The notes: generated from the sequence alone by a model not told the origin. Shown: positions 25,075 to 35,021, counted from the stretch's first letter. The stretch is 55,799 bases of DNA from Sphingomonadaceae bacterium (GCA_047975785.1 JBKEEC010000064.1:1-55799); one strand, 5' to 3'. Numbers and translations: made by a program.

Positions 25075-26328
25075 ATGAGCCAGAATAGTGCAGCACCATC
25101 ATCCGATCCGCAAGCCCGCCATCTTACGATAGAAGATGTGCGCGAGGCGGCGAAAAGAATTGAAGGGGCGGTTGTCCGCACCCCGACCAGTCACAGCATG
25201 ACTCTCAGCTCGATTACCGGGGCACAAATCTGGCTGAAGTTCGAGAATTTGCAGTTTACCGCCGCCTATAAGGAGCGCGGTGCCCTGAATGCGCTTTTGC
25301 TGCTGAGCGATGAACAGCGCGCGCGCGGTGTTATTGCGGCTTCTGCGGGAAATCACTCGCAGGGGCTTTCCTACCATGGCACACGTCTGGGTGTGCCGGT
25401 CACAATTGTCATGCCGCGCACGACCCCTACGGTCAAGGTGATGCAGACCGAAAGTGTGGGTGGCAAGGTGGTGCTGGAGGGGGAAACCTTTGACGATGCC
25501 TCTGCCTATGCCCGGAAGCTGGGCCAGGAACTGGGGCTGACATTTGTTCACCCGTTTGATGATCCTGATGTCGCTGCCGGTCAGGGCACGGTGGCGCTGG
25601 AAATGTTTGCCGATGCGCCGGATATTGATGTTCTGGTTGTGCCCATCGGGGGCGGCGGGCTTATTTCCGGCATGGCAACCGTGGCCCGCGCACTCAAGCC
25701 GGAAATAGAAATTATCGGTGTGCAGGCCGCGCTTTTCCCGTCCATGTATTCCCGGATCAAGGGAGATGAACTGCCATGCGGCGGGGATACGCTGGCCGAA
25801 GGCATCGCCGTTAAAGCGCCGGGAGAGTTCACCTCAAAAGTGATTGCCGAAAATGTCGATGACATTCTTCTGGTGGATGAGGAAGCCCTTGAAAGTGCCG
25901 TGGCCATGCTGCTGCAGATTGAAAAAACCGTGGTGGAAGGCGCCGGTGCCAGCGGACTTGCCGCTGTGCTGACCAATCCGGCCCGTTTCGCCGGGCGCAA
26001 TGTCGGCATGGTTCTGACGGGCGGCAATATCGATACGCGGCTGCTCGCCAATGTGCTGCTGCGCGATCTGGCCCGGTCTGGCAGGCTGGCGCGTTTGCGG
26101 ATCACCTTGCAGGACAGGCCGGGCGCGTTGTTCAAGGTGATGCACGAATTTGATGCGCATCATGTCAATATTCTGGAAATCTATCACCAGCGGATTTTTA
26201 CCAATCTCCCCGCCAAGGGGCTGGTCACCGATATTGAATGTGAAGCGCGGGACCGAAAGCAGCTGGATGCCCTGATTGCGGCTTTGCGGGCGCGGGGCTA
26301 TTCCGTCAATCTGGTGGAACTGGACTAA
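25075..26328 (+). CDS. ilvA: Threonine ammonia-lyase (short form with a single ACT-like domain)
   Basis: The PLP-lysine context is LQFTAAYKERGALN and the glycine loop is GGGGLISG. The C-terminal regulatory domain reads RLRITLQDRPGALFKVM. ATG 25075 is used, because the track start 24667 overlaps the divergent gene. Confidence 0.92.
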   Translation: MSQNSAAPSSDPQARHLTIEDVREAAKRIEGAVVRTPTSHSMTLSSITGAQIWLKFENLQFTAAYKERGALNALLLLSDEQRARGVIAASAGNHSQGLSYHGTRLGVPVTIVMPRTTPTVKVMQTESVGGKVVLEGETFDDASAYARKLGQELGLTFVHPFDDPDVAAGQGTVALEMFADAPDIDVLVVPIGGGGLISGMATVARALKPEIEIIGVQAALFPSMYSRIKGDELPCGGDTLAEGIAVKAPGEFTSKVIAENVDDILLVDEEALESAVAMLLQIEKTVVEGAGASGLAAVLTNPARFAGRNVGMVLTGGNIDTRLLANVLLRDLARSGRLARLRITLQDRPGALFKVMHEFDAHHVNILEIYHQRIFTNLPAKGLVTDIECEARDRKQLDALIAALRARGYSVNLVELD

Positions 26329-26330
26329 AG

Positions 26331-26422
26331 CATTTTCAGAAAAAGTTGATAGACTTTCTCGGCTCGGAAAATGCGGTAAAACAAAAGACTGCAGCACTGC
26401 ATCTGATTCAACATTCAAACGC
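26331..26422. repeat. Interspersed repeat copy (ttcagaaaaagttgatagac...gcggtaaaacaaaagactgcagcactgcatctgattcaacattcaaacgc)
   Basis: It aligns over ~85 nt, at roughly 80% identity by eye, with the reverse complement of 34842-34933, and more loosely with 50324-50438. Confidence 0.85.
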
Positions 26423-26650
26423 ACAGCTGTAGATGCTGCCTGTATTCAGCCCTGGCGGCATTAACCTGAAACCGGCCTGATGTCCCGTATCGGGTCAGGT
26501 GTGCTGGACCGGTGAGTCAGGAGGATAAAATAAGTTCCTGATTATACAGGCATATGGTTAAGGGGCTTTAACGAAAGCATTTTGCCGGTCATAATCGCCT
26601 TTACTCACCTGTTCCCGATTCTTTTTTGATGCGAGAGGAAACAAAACGCC

Positions 26651-27496
26651 GTGACGGCAACGGTTCGATTCCCCCGCTTTTTCGTGACCAACCCTTCACC
26701 GTGCCCCTATATTGAGGGGCGCAGTGAGCGCAAGGTCTTTACCGAGCTGAAAGGCGTTCATGCTGATGAGCTGAACGAGGCTCTGGGCCGGATCGGCTTC
26801 CGGCGCAGCCAGACCGTTGCCTATCGTCCCAGTTGTGCAGGGTGCAATGCCTGCGTTTCTGTGCGGGTTGTGGCGAAGGAATTTGTTGCTTCATCCACCC
26901 AGCGCCGCAATCTTCGTCGCAATAGCGACCTTGTGGCAACAGAATGTCGCCCCTGGGCAACGCCGGAACAGTTTGAACTGTTGCAGAAATATCTGGGCGT
27001 GCGCCATCCTGGCGGCGGTATGGCCGGTATGGATGAGATCGATTACGCCGATATGGTGGAGCATACGCCGGTATCGACCAGCGTTATCGAATATCGGGAG
27101 CAGTCAGAGGGTGATCAGCCAGGACGGCTGGTGGGTGTGTGCCTGTGTGACCATCAGAATGATGGTCTTTCCATGATATATAGTTTTTATGATCCGCATC
27201 ATGCGCTAAGATCAGGGCTTGGAAACTATATCATACTGGATCATATACGCCGTGCTGCCAATGAAGGATTGCCCTATGTCTATCTCGGATACTGGGTCGA
27301 AGGCTCCGACAGTATGCACTACAAAATCCGGTATCGCCCGATGGAACGCCTGGCCCGTGAAGGGTGGGAGCGTATTCCGGCTGAAGAGCAGGGGCAGTTG
27401 ATTGCGGATGCGCTTGCGTCATCAAACGCTTCTTCCCGCCCTCGTCTGGCCGGGTCCAAGGATGGAAAACAGGCGCAATATCGCGTCGCCAACTGA
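26651..27496 (+). CDS. bpt: Arginyl/leucyl-tRNA--protein transferase, Bpt type (N-end rule)
   Basis: [24 protein letters not shown]...GFRRSQ...[16 protein letters not shown] is typical of bacterial ATE/Bpt proteins. The start is GTG. Confidence 0.9.
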   Translation: MTATVRFPRFFVTNPSPCPYIEGRSERKVFTELKGVHADELNEALGRIGFRRSQTVAYRPSCAGCNACVSVRVVAKEFVASSTQRRNLRRNSDLVATECRPWATPEQFELLQKYLGVRHPGGGMAGMDEIDYADMVEHTPVSTSVIEYREQSEGDQPGRLVGVCLCDHQNDGLSMIYSFYDPHHALRSGLGNYIILDHIRRAANEGLPYVYLGYWVEGSDSMHYKIRYRPMERLAREGWERIPAEEQGQLIADALASSNASSRPRLAGSKDGKQAQYRVAN

Positions 27497-27515
27497 TCTG
27501 GCAGGGCAGGTAAAA

Positions 27516-27551
27516 GCCCGTTTATCGTGCATGGCCCGTTTATCTTGTATG
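27516..27551. repeat. 18-bp tandem duplication (gcccgtttatcKtgYatg x2) at the tamA start
   Basis: The units lie at 27516-27533 and 27534-27551 and are 16/18 identical. Each ends in an in-frame ATG (27531 and 27549). Confidence 0.9.
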
Positions 27552-29687
27552 GTAAGCGTTTGTGCGCTGGCCGGATATCCCCTGTGTCTATCTGCACAGG
27601 CTGTTCCGTCTCCTGAACTGAAAGACCTCATTCCCGATTCTGCCGTGTCTGACCCGGAAAGCTGGGCCAGCGACCCCGAAGACAGTGTTCTGGACTCCGG
27701 TGAAACAACCCCGCCCAATACGGATCAGGCTGACGTGCAGCCGGACATTATCTTGCCCGGCACCCCCATGGCTCCCATGCCCGATATTACTGTCGCCTGG
27801 CCGGACAGTCTGGATATTCCCGACATCGAGCCATTACAGCCCGACCCTGATTTGCAACTGGCAGAACAGGATATTGAGCCATTGCCTGTCCAGACCAATA
27901 CCGATCTGGTTGATGCAGGTAGCGGCGTTACGCTGGCATTTCCTGAAAACACCGCCGCATTTCCGATGCAGGATGAGTTTGTCGATCGGTATAAGTCGCT
28001 GTCCTATATTCGCGAGCTGGATGATGATGACGGGGAAACGAGTGCCCAGCTCGCTGCCCGCGCCCGGCAGGATGAGGAACTGTTGAACACCATGCTGCGA
28101 GTGTATGGGTATTATGACGGTATTGTTATCCGCACAATCACTGGCGGGGAGGCCAGTGACCCTGACCAGACGGATAATATCTCGATCCGTTTTGATATCC
28201 GGCCCGGCACGCGCTATCGCTTTGGCGCGATTGAGCTGGGCAAGCTGGCAGAGGCTCCCGATGCAGAAACCTTGCGTGCCGCCTTTGGTATCCAGACCGG
28301 AGATCCGGTTTCCAGCGATGTGATCGAGCAGGAGCAGGCTGATCTGGATCGTGCGCTGGGTGAAACAGGCTATCCATTTGCCGATATGTCTGAACCCGAA
28401 TTGCTGGTTGACCATGACCGGGAAGAAGGTGACCTGACCATGCTGGTCAATCCCGGCGGCAAATTCGCTTTCGGGTCGGTTATCAGCAGTATGCCCGGTT
28501 TTCTGTCGTCAGCCCATTTACAGAATCTCGCGCGCTTTGATCCGGGCGATACCTACCGACAGAGCGGGGTCGATGACCTGCGGCAGGCGATTCTGGCAAC
28601 GGGTCTGGTTTCAACCGTTGCCATTGTCCCGCGCAAGGTTTCTGATCCATCCGTCACAGATCCGGGTAGCGTTGATCTTGCGGTTGCGCTGGTGCCAGCT
28701 CCGGTTCGCACCATTTCCGGTGCGATCGGCTATGGCTCGCAGGAAGGTTTCCGGATTGAAGGAAGCTGGGAAAACCGTAATATGTTCCCGTCAGAAGGGG
28801 CACTGCGTGTTCGTGGCGTATTGGGCACACAGGAGCAATTGGCCGGGATTACCTATCGCAAGAACAATTTTCATGGACGGGACAAGATCCTGACCTTTGA
28901 TGCCTATGCCCGGCGGACAGAAACCGATGCCTACAAGGCCAGCACCGCTTCTGTTTCCGGCATGTTTGAACGCAATTCCACCCTGCTTTACCAGAAACGG
29001 CTGAGCTGGGGAGCGGGCTTTGAATTGCTTGCCAGCGATGAGAGCGAGGTCAAGAATAACGCGACATCGCGCAAGACATATCTCATCGCCGCCCTGCCGA
29101 TGCGTGTGCTCTATGACACGTCCGATAATTTGCTCAATCCTTCAAAGGGCTATCGCCTGGGGGCCAAGGTTTCTCCCGAATTGTCACGTCAGGGCAGCGT
29201 GACCTCAACCTATGCCAGGGCACAGCTGGACGGGAGCATCTACCAGAAGGTGAAGGAGCGCCTTATCATCGCCAGCCGGATACGGCTTGGGACTATTGCG
29301 GGCGCGGATATCAGCGAAATTGCGCCTTCGCGGCGCTTCTATGCTGGCGGTGGCGGCTCTGTGCGTGGCTATGGATATGAGGCAATCGGACCGCGCGACA
29401 GTAATGGAGAGCCGAATGGCGGGCGCTCTCTGGCCGAATTTTCGCTTGAAGCACGCATCGGCACGAATTTCATGGATGGGGCCATTTCGGTTGTGCCCTT
29501 TATTGATGCGGGCACTGTTGGCGTTGATCCGGTGCCGGATTTTGACACTGTGCGTTTTGGCGCAGGAATCGGTGTGCGCTATGACAGTGGCTTTGGGCCT
29601 ATCCGGATTGATGTAGGGACGCCGGTTAATCCTGGCCCCAATGACGGACGTATCGCGGTCTATGTCTCGCTGGGGCAGGCATTTTAA
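27531..29687 (+). CDS. tamA: Translocation and assembly module outer-membrane subunit TamA (Omp85 family)
   Basis: It has a signal peptide ...CLSAQA, POTRA-like repeats, and an Omp85 barrel ending ...VYVSLGQAF. It sits immediately upstream of tamB. The start is 27531 or 27549; the track start 27402 overlaps bpt. Confidence 0.88.
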   Translation: MARLSCMVSVCALAGYPLCLSAQAVPSPELKDLIPDSAVSDPESWASDPEDSVLDSGETTPPNTDQADVQPDIILPGTPMAPMPDITVAWPDSLDIPDIEPLQPDPDLQLAEQDIEPLPVQTNTDLVDAGSGVTLAFPENTAAFPMQDEFVDRYKSLSYIRELDDDDGETSAQLAARARQDEELLNTMLRVYGYYDGIVIRTITGGEASDPDQTDNISIRFDIRPGTRYRFGAIELGKLAEAPDAETLRAAFGIQTGDPVSSDVIEQEQADLDRALGETGYPFADMSEPELLVDHDREEGDLTMLVNPGGKFAFGSVISSMPGFLSSAHLQNLARFDPGDTYRQSGVDDLRQAILATGLVSTVAIVPRKVSDPSVTDPGSVDLAVALVPAPVRTISGAIGYGSQEGFRIEGSWENRNMFPSEGALRVRGVLGTQEQLAGITYRKNNFHGRDKILTFDAYARRTETDAYKASTASVSGMFERNSTLLYQKRLSWGAGFELLASDESEVKNNATSRKTYLIAALPMRVLYDTSDNLLNPSKGYRLGAKVSPELSRQGSVTSTYARAQLDGSIYQKVKERLIIASRIRLGTIAGADISEIAPSRRFYAGGGGSVRGYGYEAIGPRDSNGEPNGGRSLAEFSLEARIGTNFMDGAISVVPFIDAGTVGVDPVPDFDTVRFGAGIGVRYDSGFGPIRIDVGTPVNPGPNDGRIAVYVSLGQAF

Positions 29688-32600
29688 TGGCAGAAGAGAC
29701 CAAAGAGGCAACAGAGGCAGAAGACAGTGCGCTGAAGGTCGAGGCTCTGACCGCGTTCCGCTCCCGCACTGTGCGCCGTTTGCTGCGCTTTGCCATGTGG
29801 AGCGGCCTTGCAACCGGCACATTGCTGGTGCTGCTGGTGCTGCTGGTCAATACGCCGATGGGCAGGCAGTTTATCGTTGATCGTATCGCTGAATATGCAC
29901 CGGAATCGGGTATGCATTTTACGGTGGGGCGGATTGAAGGCAATGTGCTGGATGAGGCGACATTGCATGATGTGGTTGCCTATGACGGGGGGGGCAGTTT
30001 CCTCAAGATATCGGAAGTTTCGATTACGTGGCGGCCCATGCGCTGGTTTGTTACCGGGCTGGATATTCGTGAACTGGTGGCAGATGGCGGCACGCTTTAC
30101 CGCCTGCCCGTCCTGAGGCCGGGTGATCCGGATGAACCTGTTTTGCCGGGTTTCGACATTGTGATCGAAAAATTGCAGATCAGGAATATTGATGTAGCAG
30201 AAGGGGTCGCCGGCCCTGACAGGCAGCGGATTCATCTGGATGCCAGCGTCGATATTCAAAATGGTCGCGCCTATGTGCAGGCCGATGGCACGGTGGGCGA
30301 CAAGGACAGGCTTCATGCACTGATCGATTCCGAACCGGATAAAAACCGCTTTGATATCGACCTTGTCTATATCGCTCCGCGTGACGGTGCGGTTGCGGCG
30401 CTGGTGGGGGCAGAGGCTGGGTATACGGCACAAATTGTAGGGGATGGCGACTGGGAGAGCTGGGACGGGGCATTTCTCGTCATGCGTGAGGATGAGCGTT
30501 TTGCTTCCTTCCAGTTGAAGAACCGGGCGGGTCAGTATGCGATTGTCGGGCAGGCATATCCGGGTGATGTGATTGAGGGCCTGCCATACAGGGCACTGGG
30601 CGAAACGGTGAATCTGGCCCTGATGGGGACACTGGAAGATAGCGTGCTGGGCGGATCAGCGGCAATCAGGGCGCGCGGCATCTCCGGGGAAACGCGCGGG
30701 ACGCTCGACCTGAACCGGAACGAGGTCAATGATCTTGATATTGTTCTTCGGCTGGAAGATCCCGCTTTGTTTGGCGAAAATGTCTGGATTATGGGCGGTG
30801 CGCTGACGGCTCATGCCGAAGGGCCGTTTCGTGACCTGAATGTCCGGCACCAGATACGCATTGCCGATGTAGTTGCCGGATCAACCCATGCCAGCAATAT
30901 CTCGCAGCAAGGCATGATCCATTATGATGGCACTGTCCTGACCCTGCCTCTGGACCTGAGCGCAGGGCGGATAGTGACCGGGCAGGCTATGGTTGACCCA
31001 CGGCTGGTGAATGGCCGGATGCGCGGGGTTGTTACCATATACGGAGATCAGATCCGCTCTCCCGGTCTGGCGATAACATTCCCCGGTGCACAGGCCAGAC
31101 TTGCAGTTTCGGGGGATATGGCGCGTGGAGGCTACGCCCTGGCCGGACCGGTGGCGGTCAACAACATCATGATTGACAATGTTGGCACACTCAATGCGGG
31201 GGCCAATATTGTCCTGTCTCTGGGGCGGAACCAGCCATGGTTGCTCAATGCGCAACTGCGCGGCCAGATACCGCGGGTAACAAATGCGACCCTGGCCAAT
31301 GTCGCAGGGTCGGCGATTGCTTTTCAGGGCGGGGTGCGGGTAGGGGGCAGTCAGCCGCTGCTGTTTGACAGGATGGCGATTGGCGCTCCGAAGCTCAGCC
31401 TGCTGCTGGATGGTAGCGTGGTGGATGGCCAGACTTCTATTGCCGGCACCGGCTCGCATATTGATTATGGCAAGTTTACCGTCAAGGCGATGTTGGCAGA
31501 TAGCGGGCCGAAGGCAGAACTTGTCTTTGCCAGCCCCATGCCCTCGCTTGATCTCAGCAATGTCCGGGTGGCGATTGCGCCCATTACGGATGGTTTTGGC
31601 ATAGAAACAGAAGGCGGCTCGATGTTTGGCCCCTTCAATGGCACTATCAATCTGTTTTCTCCGGCCAATGGGCCGACTAGAATTGACATCAAACAGTTCC
31701 GGATCTGGAAAACCGAAATAGCCGGAAATATGGTGCTGGAAGATGGTGGCGCTCTGGGGCGGCTTGCGGTGGAAGGTGGCGGGCTGAACGGGACCATATC
31801 GCTCGCCCCCGACAATGGTGGCGGGCAAGGCTTTGATGTCGCCCTGCTGGTCAGGAACGCGACTTTTGGCGGGGATACGCCGCTTTATATCAATCGCGCG
31901 CGGATCAATGGCCGCGGCGTTGTGGCAGAGGGCAAGAGCACCATTCAGGGTGATATGCTCGGCAAGGGTATTGGCTATGGCAGTCTGTTTATTGGCCAGA
32001 TGGCGGGCAAAATTAACCTGACCAATGGTAGCGGGCAGGTTACGGCGTCACTAACGGGCCAGCGTGGCAGCCAGTTTGCCTTGCAGATATTGTCCGATAT
32101 TTCTCCTTCGCGCCTCTCCACAATTGCCCGCGGGGAATATGACGGCAAGGCGATCAGTATGCCGCGCCGTGCGGTCATGACCAGGCAGGATAATGGATCA
32201 TGGCTGCTGGCGCCCACCCAGCTGAATTATAATGGCGGGGCGATGATTGCCGCCGGAACACTGGGCGGCGAGAAGACTGCGATTGAAATCAAACTGTCCG
32301 ATATGCCGCTGTCTCTGGCGGATCTGGTGATGCCCAATCTCGCCCTTGGCGGGACAATTTCGGGCATTGTGGATTATGGCAGTGACAGCAAGGGCTATCC
32401 GGTCGGCACCGCGCAGGTGCAAGTGTCTCAGCTTACCCGTTCGGGCATGATCCTCACATCCAGCCCGGTAGATCTGTCACTGGTGGGCAAGCTGGATGCC
32501 ACCCATGCAGAAACGCGCGCCGTGCTGTTTCAGGGTGGAGAAAACCGCGGACGGCTGCAGGCGCAGGTGACCAATCTGCCTGTATCCGGCAGCCTGTCAG

Positions 32601-33907
32601 AACGTCTGGGTGCGGGCAATTTGTTTGGCCAGTTACGCTATCAGGGACCGGCAGAGGCCTTGTGGCGCCTTGCCGCGATTGATGCGATGGATATGACAGG
32701 TCCGGTTTCCATTGCCGGAAATGTGACCGGCAGCCTGTTCAGTCCTGATATTAACGGCACCGTATTTGGCGACAATCTGCGGATACGGAGCAGTCTTTCC
32801 GGCACGGATGTATCGAGTGTCACTGTGCGCGGACGTTTTTCCGGGGCGCAATTGCGCCTGACCCGCATAGCAGGGGTTACGCCCGGCGGCGGCTCGGTAA
32901 GCGGGAGCGGGACCGTCAATCTCAGCGGTATGGGCAATGGCGTGGGTCCGGGCATGGATTTGAAATTCTCTGCCAATAACGCACAATTGCTGAATGCCTA
33001 TGGCATGAAAGCGACCGTCACCGGACCCATGCGGATGGTTTCTTCGGGCACTGGCGGGACGCTGGCAGGCAGGCTGCGTGTCAATAAGGGAAGCTGGACT
33101 CTGGGCAGGGCTGCCACATCCAGCCCCTTGCCGGAAATCAGCACAACGGAAGTCAATGCCCCGCCTGATATTGCCCCGACTGTGAAGCGGTCGGCCCCGT
33201 GGCGGTATCTGATTGATGCCACGGCCCCCAACCGGTTTGAAGTGGATGGTATGGGGCTGGATAGTGAATGGAGCGCCGATATCAGCCTGCGCGGCACAAC
33301 TTCTGATCCGCGTATCGGGGGTGAGGCCAAGGTTGTGCGTGGATATTACATGTTCGCCGGCAATGAATTTGAAATTACCCGCGGGCGGATCGGGTTTGAT
33401 GTCAATGCGCCGATCAACCCGCGGGTGGATATTATCGCCGATACCGAAGCAGACGGGCTGGATGTGCAGGCATCAGTGCAGGGAAGCGCCATGTCGCCTG
33501 AAATCACCTTTACCTCAACTCCTGCCCTGCCAGAAGATGAAATTCTGTCGCGTCTGCTGTTTGGTGGATCAGTCAGCGAATTGTCGCCAACCGACGCTAT
33601 CCAGCTGGCAACGACCATGGCCTCCCTGCAGGGCGGGGCGGGGCTGAACCCGATCAACAAGCTGCGCAGTGCCATTGGCCTTGACCGGCTGCGGATTGTC
33701 AGTGCCGACCCTGCTATTGGCCGCGGAACAGGCGTGGCCGTGGGCAAGAATATCAACCGCAAACTCTATGCCGAGATTATTACTGACGGGCAGGGCTACA
33801 GCGCGACAGAGCTGGAATATCGCATCACAAGCTGGCTTTCCCTGCTGGCGACGATTTCGACCGTGGGCCGAAACAGCACGGTGCTGGAGATCAGCCGGGA
33901 TTATTAA
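29687..33907 (+). CDS. tamB: Translocation and assembly module inner-membrane subunit TamB (DUF490)
   Basis: The protein is 1406 aa with an N-terminal anchor (LLVLLVLLV) and a beta-rich repetitive body. The C-terminal DUF490-like segment reads ...RLLFGGSVSELSPTDAIQLA...KLYAEII. Its ATG abuts the tamA stop. Confidence 0.9.
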   Translation: MAEETKEATEAEDSALKVEALTAFRSRTVRRLLRFAMWSGLATGTLLVLLVLLVNTPMGRQFIVDRIAEYAPESGMHFTVGRIEGNVLDEATLHDVVAYDGGGSFLKISEVSITWRPMRWFVTGLDIRELVADGGTLYRLPVLRPGDPDEPVLPGFDIVIEKLQIRNIDVAEGVAGPDRQRIHLDASVDIQNGRAYVQADGTVGDKDRLHALIDSEPDKNRFDIDLVYIAPRDGAVAALVGAEAGYTAQIVGDGDWESWDGAFLVMREDERFASFQLKNRAGQYAIVGQAYPGDVIEGLPYRALGETVNLALMGTLEDSVLGGSAAIRARGISGETRGTLDLNRNEVNDLDIVLRLEDPALFGENVWIMGGALTAHAEGPFRDLNVRHQIRIADVVAGSTHASNISQQGMIHYDGTVLTLPLDLSAGRIVTGQAMVDPRLVNGRMRGVVTIYGDQIRSPGLAITFPGAQARLAVSGDMARGGYALAGPVAVNNIMIDNVGTLNAGANIVLSLGRNQPWLLNAQLRGQIPRVTNATLANVAGSAIAFQGGVRVGGSQPLLFDRMAIGAPKLSLLLDGSVVDGQTSIAGTGSHIDYGKFTVKAMLADSGPKAELVFASPMPSLDLSNVRVAIAPITDGFGIETEGGSMFGPFNGTINLFSPANGPTRIDIKQFRIWKTEIAGNMVLEDGGALGRLAVEGGGLNGTISLAPDNGGGQGFDVALLVRNATFGGDTPLYINRARINGRGVVAEGKSTIQGDMLGKGIGYGSLFIGQMAGKINLTNGSGQVTASLTGQRGSQFALQILSDISPSRLSTIARGEYDGKAISMPRRAVMTRQDNGSWLLAPTQLNYNGGAMIAAGTLGGEKTAIEIKLSDMPLSLADLVMPNLALGGTISGIVDYGSDSKGYPVGTAQVQVSQLTRSGMILTSSPVDLSLVGKLDATHAETRAVLFQGGENRGRLQAQVTNLPVSGSLSERLGAGNLFGQLRYQGPAEALWRLAAIDAMDMTGPVSIAGNVTGSLFSPDINGTVFGDNLRIRSSLSGTDVSSVTVRGRFSGAQLRLTRIAGVTPGGGSVSGSGTVNLSGMGNGVGPGMDLKFSANNAQLLNAYGMKATVTGPMRMVSSGTGGTLAGRLRVNKGSWTLGRAATSSPLPEISTTEVNAPPDIAPTVKRSAPWRYLIDATAPNRFEVDGMGLDSEWSADISLRGTTSDPRIGGEAKVVRGYYMFAGNEFEITRGRIGFDVNAPINPRVDIIADTEADGLDVQASVQGSAMSPEITFTSTPALPEDEILSRLLFGGSVSELSPTDAIQLATTMASLQGGAGLNPINKLRSAIGLDRLRIVSADPAIGRGTGVAVGKNINRKLYAEIITDGQGYSATELEYRITSWLSLLATISTVGRNSTVLEISRDY

Positions 33908-33920
33908 ATTCATTATTCAG

Positions 33921-34124
33921 GCAGCAATGCTGCAGGGAGTATTTCCGCAAAAAGTTGACAGACTTTTTCGACTGCTGATGCGCAGCATCATTGCAGTCTG
34001 GTATTACGGCAGATCGCAACGGTAATACTCAATCCCGTTGATGCTGACGCATACGGGATTGGCTTCGCTCAGGCGCCGCGCGGGCTTGACCACATCCCGA
34101 TGAGTCAAACTCATCAGGGTGTGG
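33921..34124. repeat. Composite of repeat modules forming a long imperfect palindrome plus a terminal hairpin
   Basis: The modules are: palindrome gcagcaatgctgc; head tttccgcaaaaagttgacagac; inverted core 33971-34007; 13-nt spacer; forward core 34021-34090; hairpin 34090-34124. Confidence 0.8.
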
Positions 34125-34683
34125 TATAAAGCGCCGCCTCGGCTGTCCGGCGACGGGTCAGCCCTTTCATTACCCGGCCTCCGGCCCTGTTCCAGCGGGC
34201 AAATTCCCTTGCCGCTGCGGCATAATCGCCAGCATTATGCTTGCGGGTCAGTGTTGCCCGCCGGATCGCTCCGGTATTGTAGTGAAAGCTGACCATGGCA
34301 TCAAACTGGTTCTGGCTGGTAGGGGCGGTGCCAATCGCGCTGGCAACATCACGGGCATAGCGGGCAAGATCAGCCTCAAGACGGGCATCGCACCGGTCCT
34401 GGGTCCAGACCGTGCCGCGCTTTATTCCGCGACCCGTCGCGCCCCAGCCAATGGTCCACGGGCTGCTGCCGGTAGCCGGATCGGGATAGGCCTCAACCCT
34501 TCCGTCATCGCGGTATCGTGCGCAGCCTTCAAATTGTTTGATCAGGGCAATTCCGCGTTCGCCAATCCGCGGCACAGGTGACAGGAGAGGGGTAGGGATT
34601 GCGGCAACGGGCAGGCGCGCCAGCATTTGAAAAAAGGCAGATACGGGGTGAAGAATCGTGGCGGGAAACATGCTGTGCCTCAC
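34114..34683 (-). CDS. Phage-type lysozyme (glycoside hydrolase family 24)
   Basis: Motifs are IALIKQFEGCARYRDDGRVEAYPDPATG..WTIGWG and FDAMVSFHYNTGAI. There is an N-terminal hydrophobic segment. Confidence 0.88.
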   Translation of the reverse strand: MRHSMFPATILHPVSAFFQMLARLPVAAIPTPLLSPVPRIGERGIALIKQFEGCARYRDDGRVEAYPDPATGSSPWTIGWGATGRGIKRGTVWTQDRCDARLEADLARYARDVASAIGTAPTSQNQFDAMVSFHYNTGAIRRATLTRKHNAGDYAAAAREFARWNRAGGRVMKGLTRRRTAEAALYTTP

Positions 34684-34841
34684 AGGTGCAGGGGAGATGA
34701 GGCAAGCGTATTAGGCACAAACCGGGCGAGTAGGAAAATGGTTTTTTGCTGTTGCCAGAGCCTGCAAGATTCAAAATTTACGCAACTTCTATAGTATAGG
34801 TAATTGTAATTATCAGGCGAAAGTGGCATGATACACGCGTT

Positions 34842-34940
34842 GCGATTTAACATTGAATCAGATGTAATACTGTAATTGTTTGTTTTACCGCATTTTTCGA
34901 GCCGAAGAATTCTATCAAATCTTTTTGATAATACTCAATG
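34842..34940. repeat. Interspersed repeat copy, inverted relative to 26331-26422
   Basis: The reverse complement reads tcaaaaagatttgatagaattcttcggctcgaaaaatgcggtaaaacaaacaattacagtattacatctgattcaatgttaaatcgc. It is followed by taatactcaatgg, which resembles the start of the 34021 module. Confidence 0.85.
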
Positions 34941-35021
34941 GATAGTCAATCGGTCGTCAGCGAATGATATTTGCGTAATTCGATAATCACGTAACCTGCA
35001 AAATTTCCTATTCAGATCATC

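Noticed and set aside
26490-26525. gggtcaggtgtgctggaccggtgagtcagg resembles SRP (4.5S) RNA
   Set aside because: It lacks the conserved GGAA/AGCA domain IV motifs and the long closing helix. The resemblance is limited to a GTCAGG string.
34090-34124. The covarying hairpins (also 5252-5286) as simple Rho-independent terminators
   Set aside because: Neither copy is followed by a T/U-tract on either strand. Copy 1 lies inside a dead IS relic where no terminator is needed, so another structural role seems more likely.
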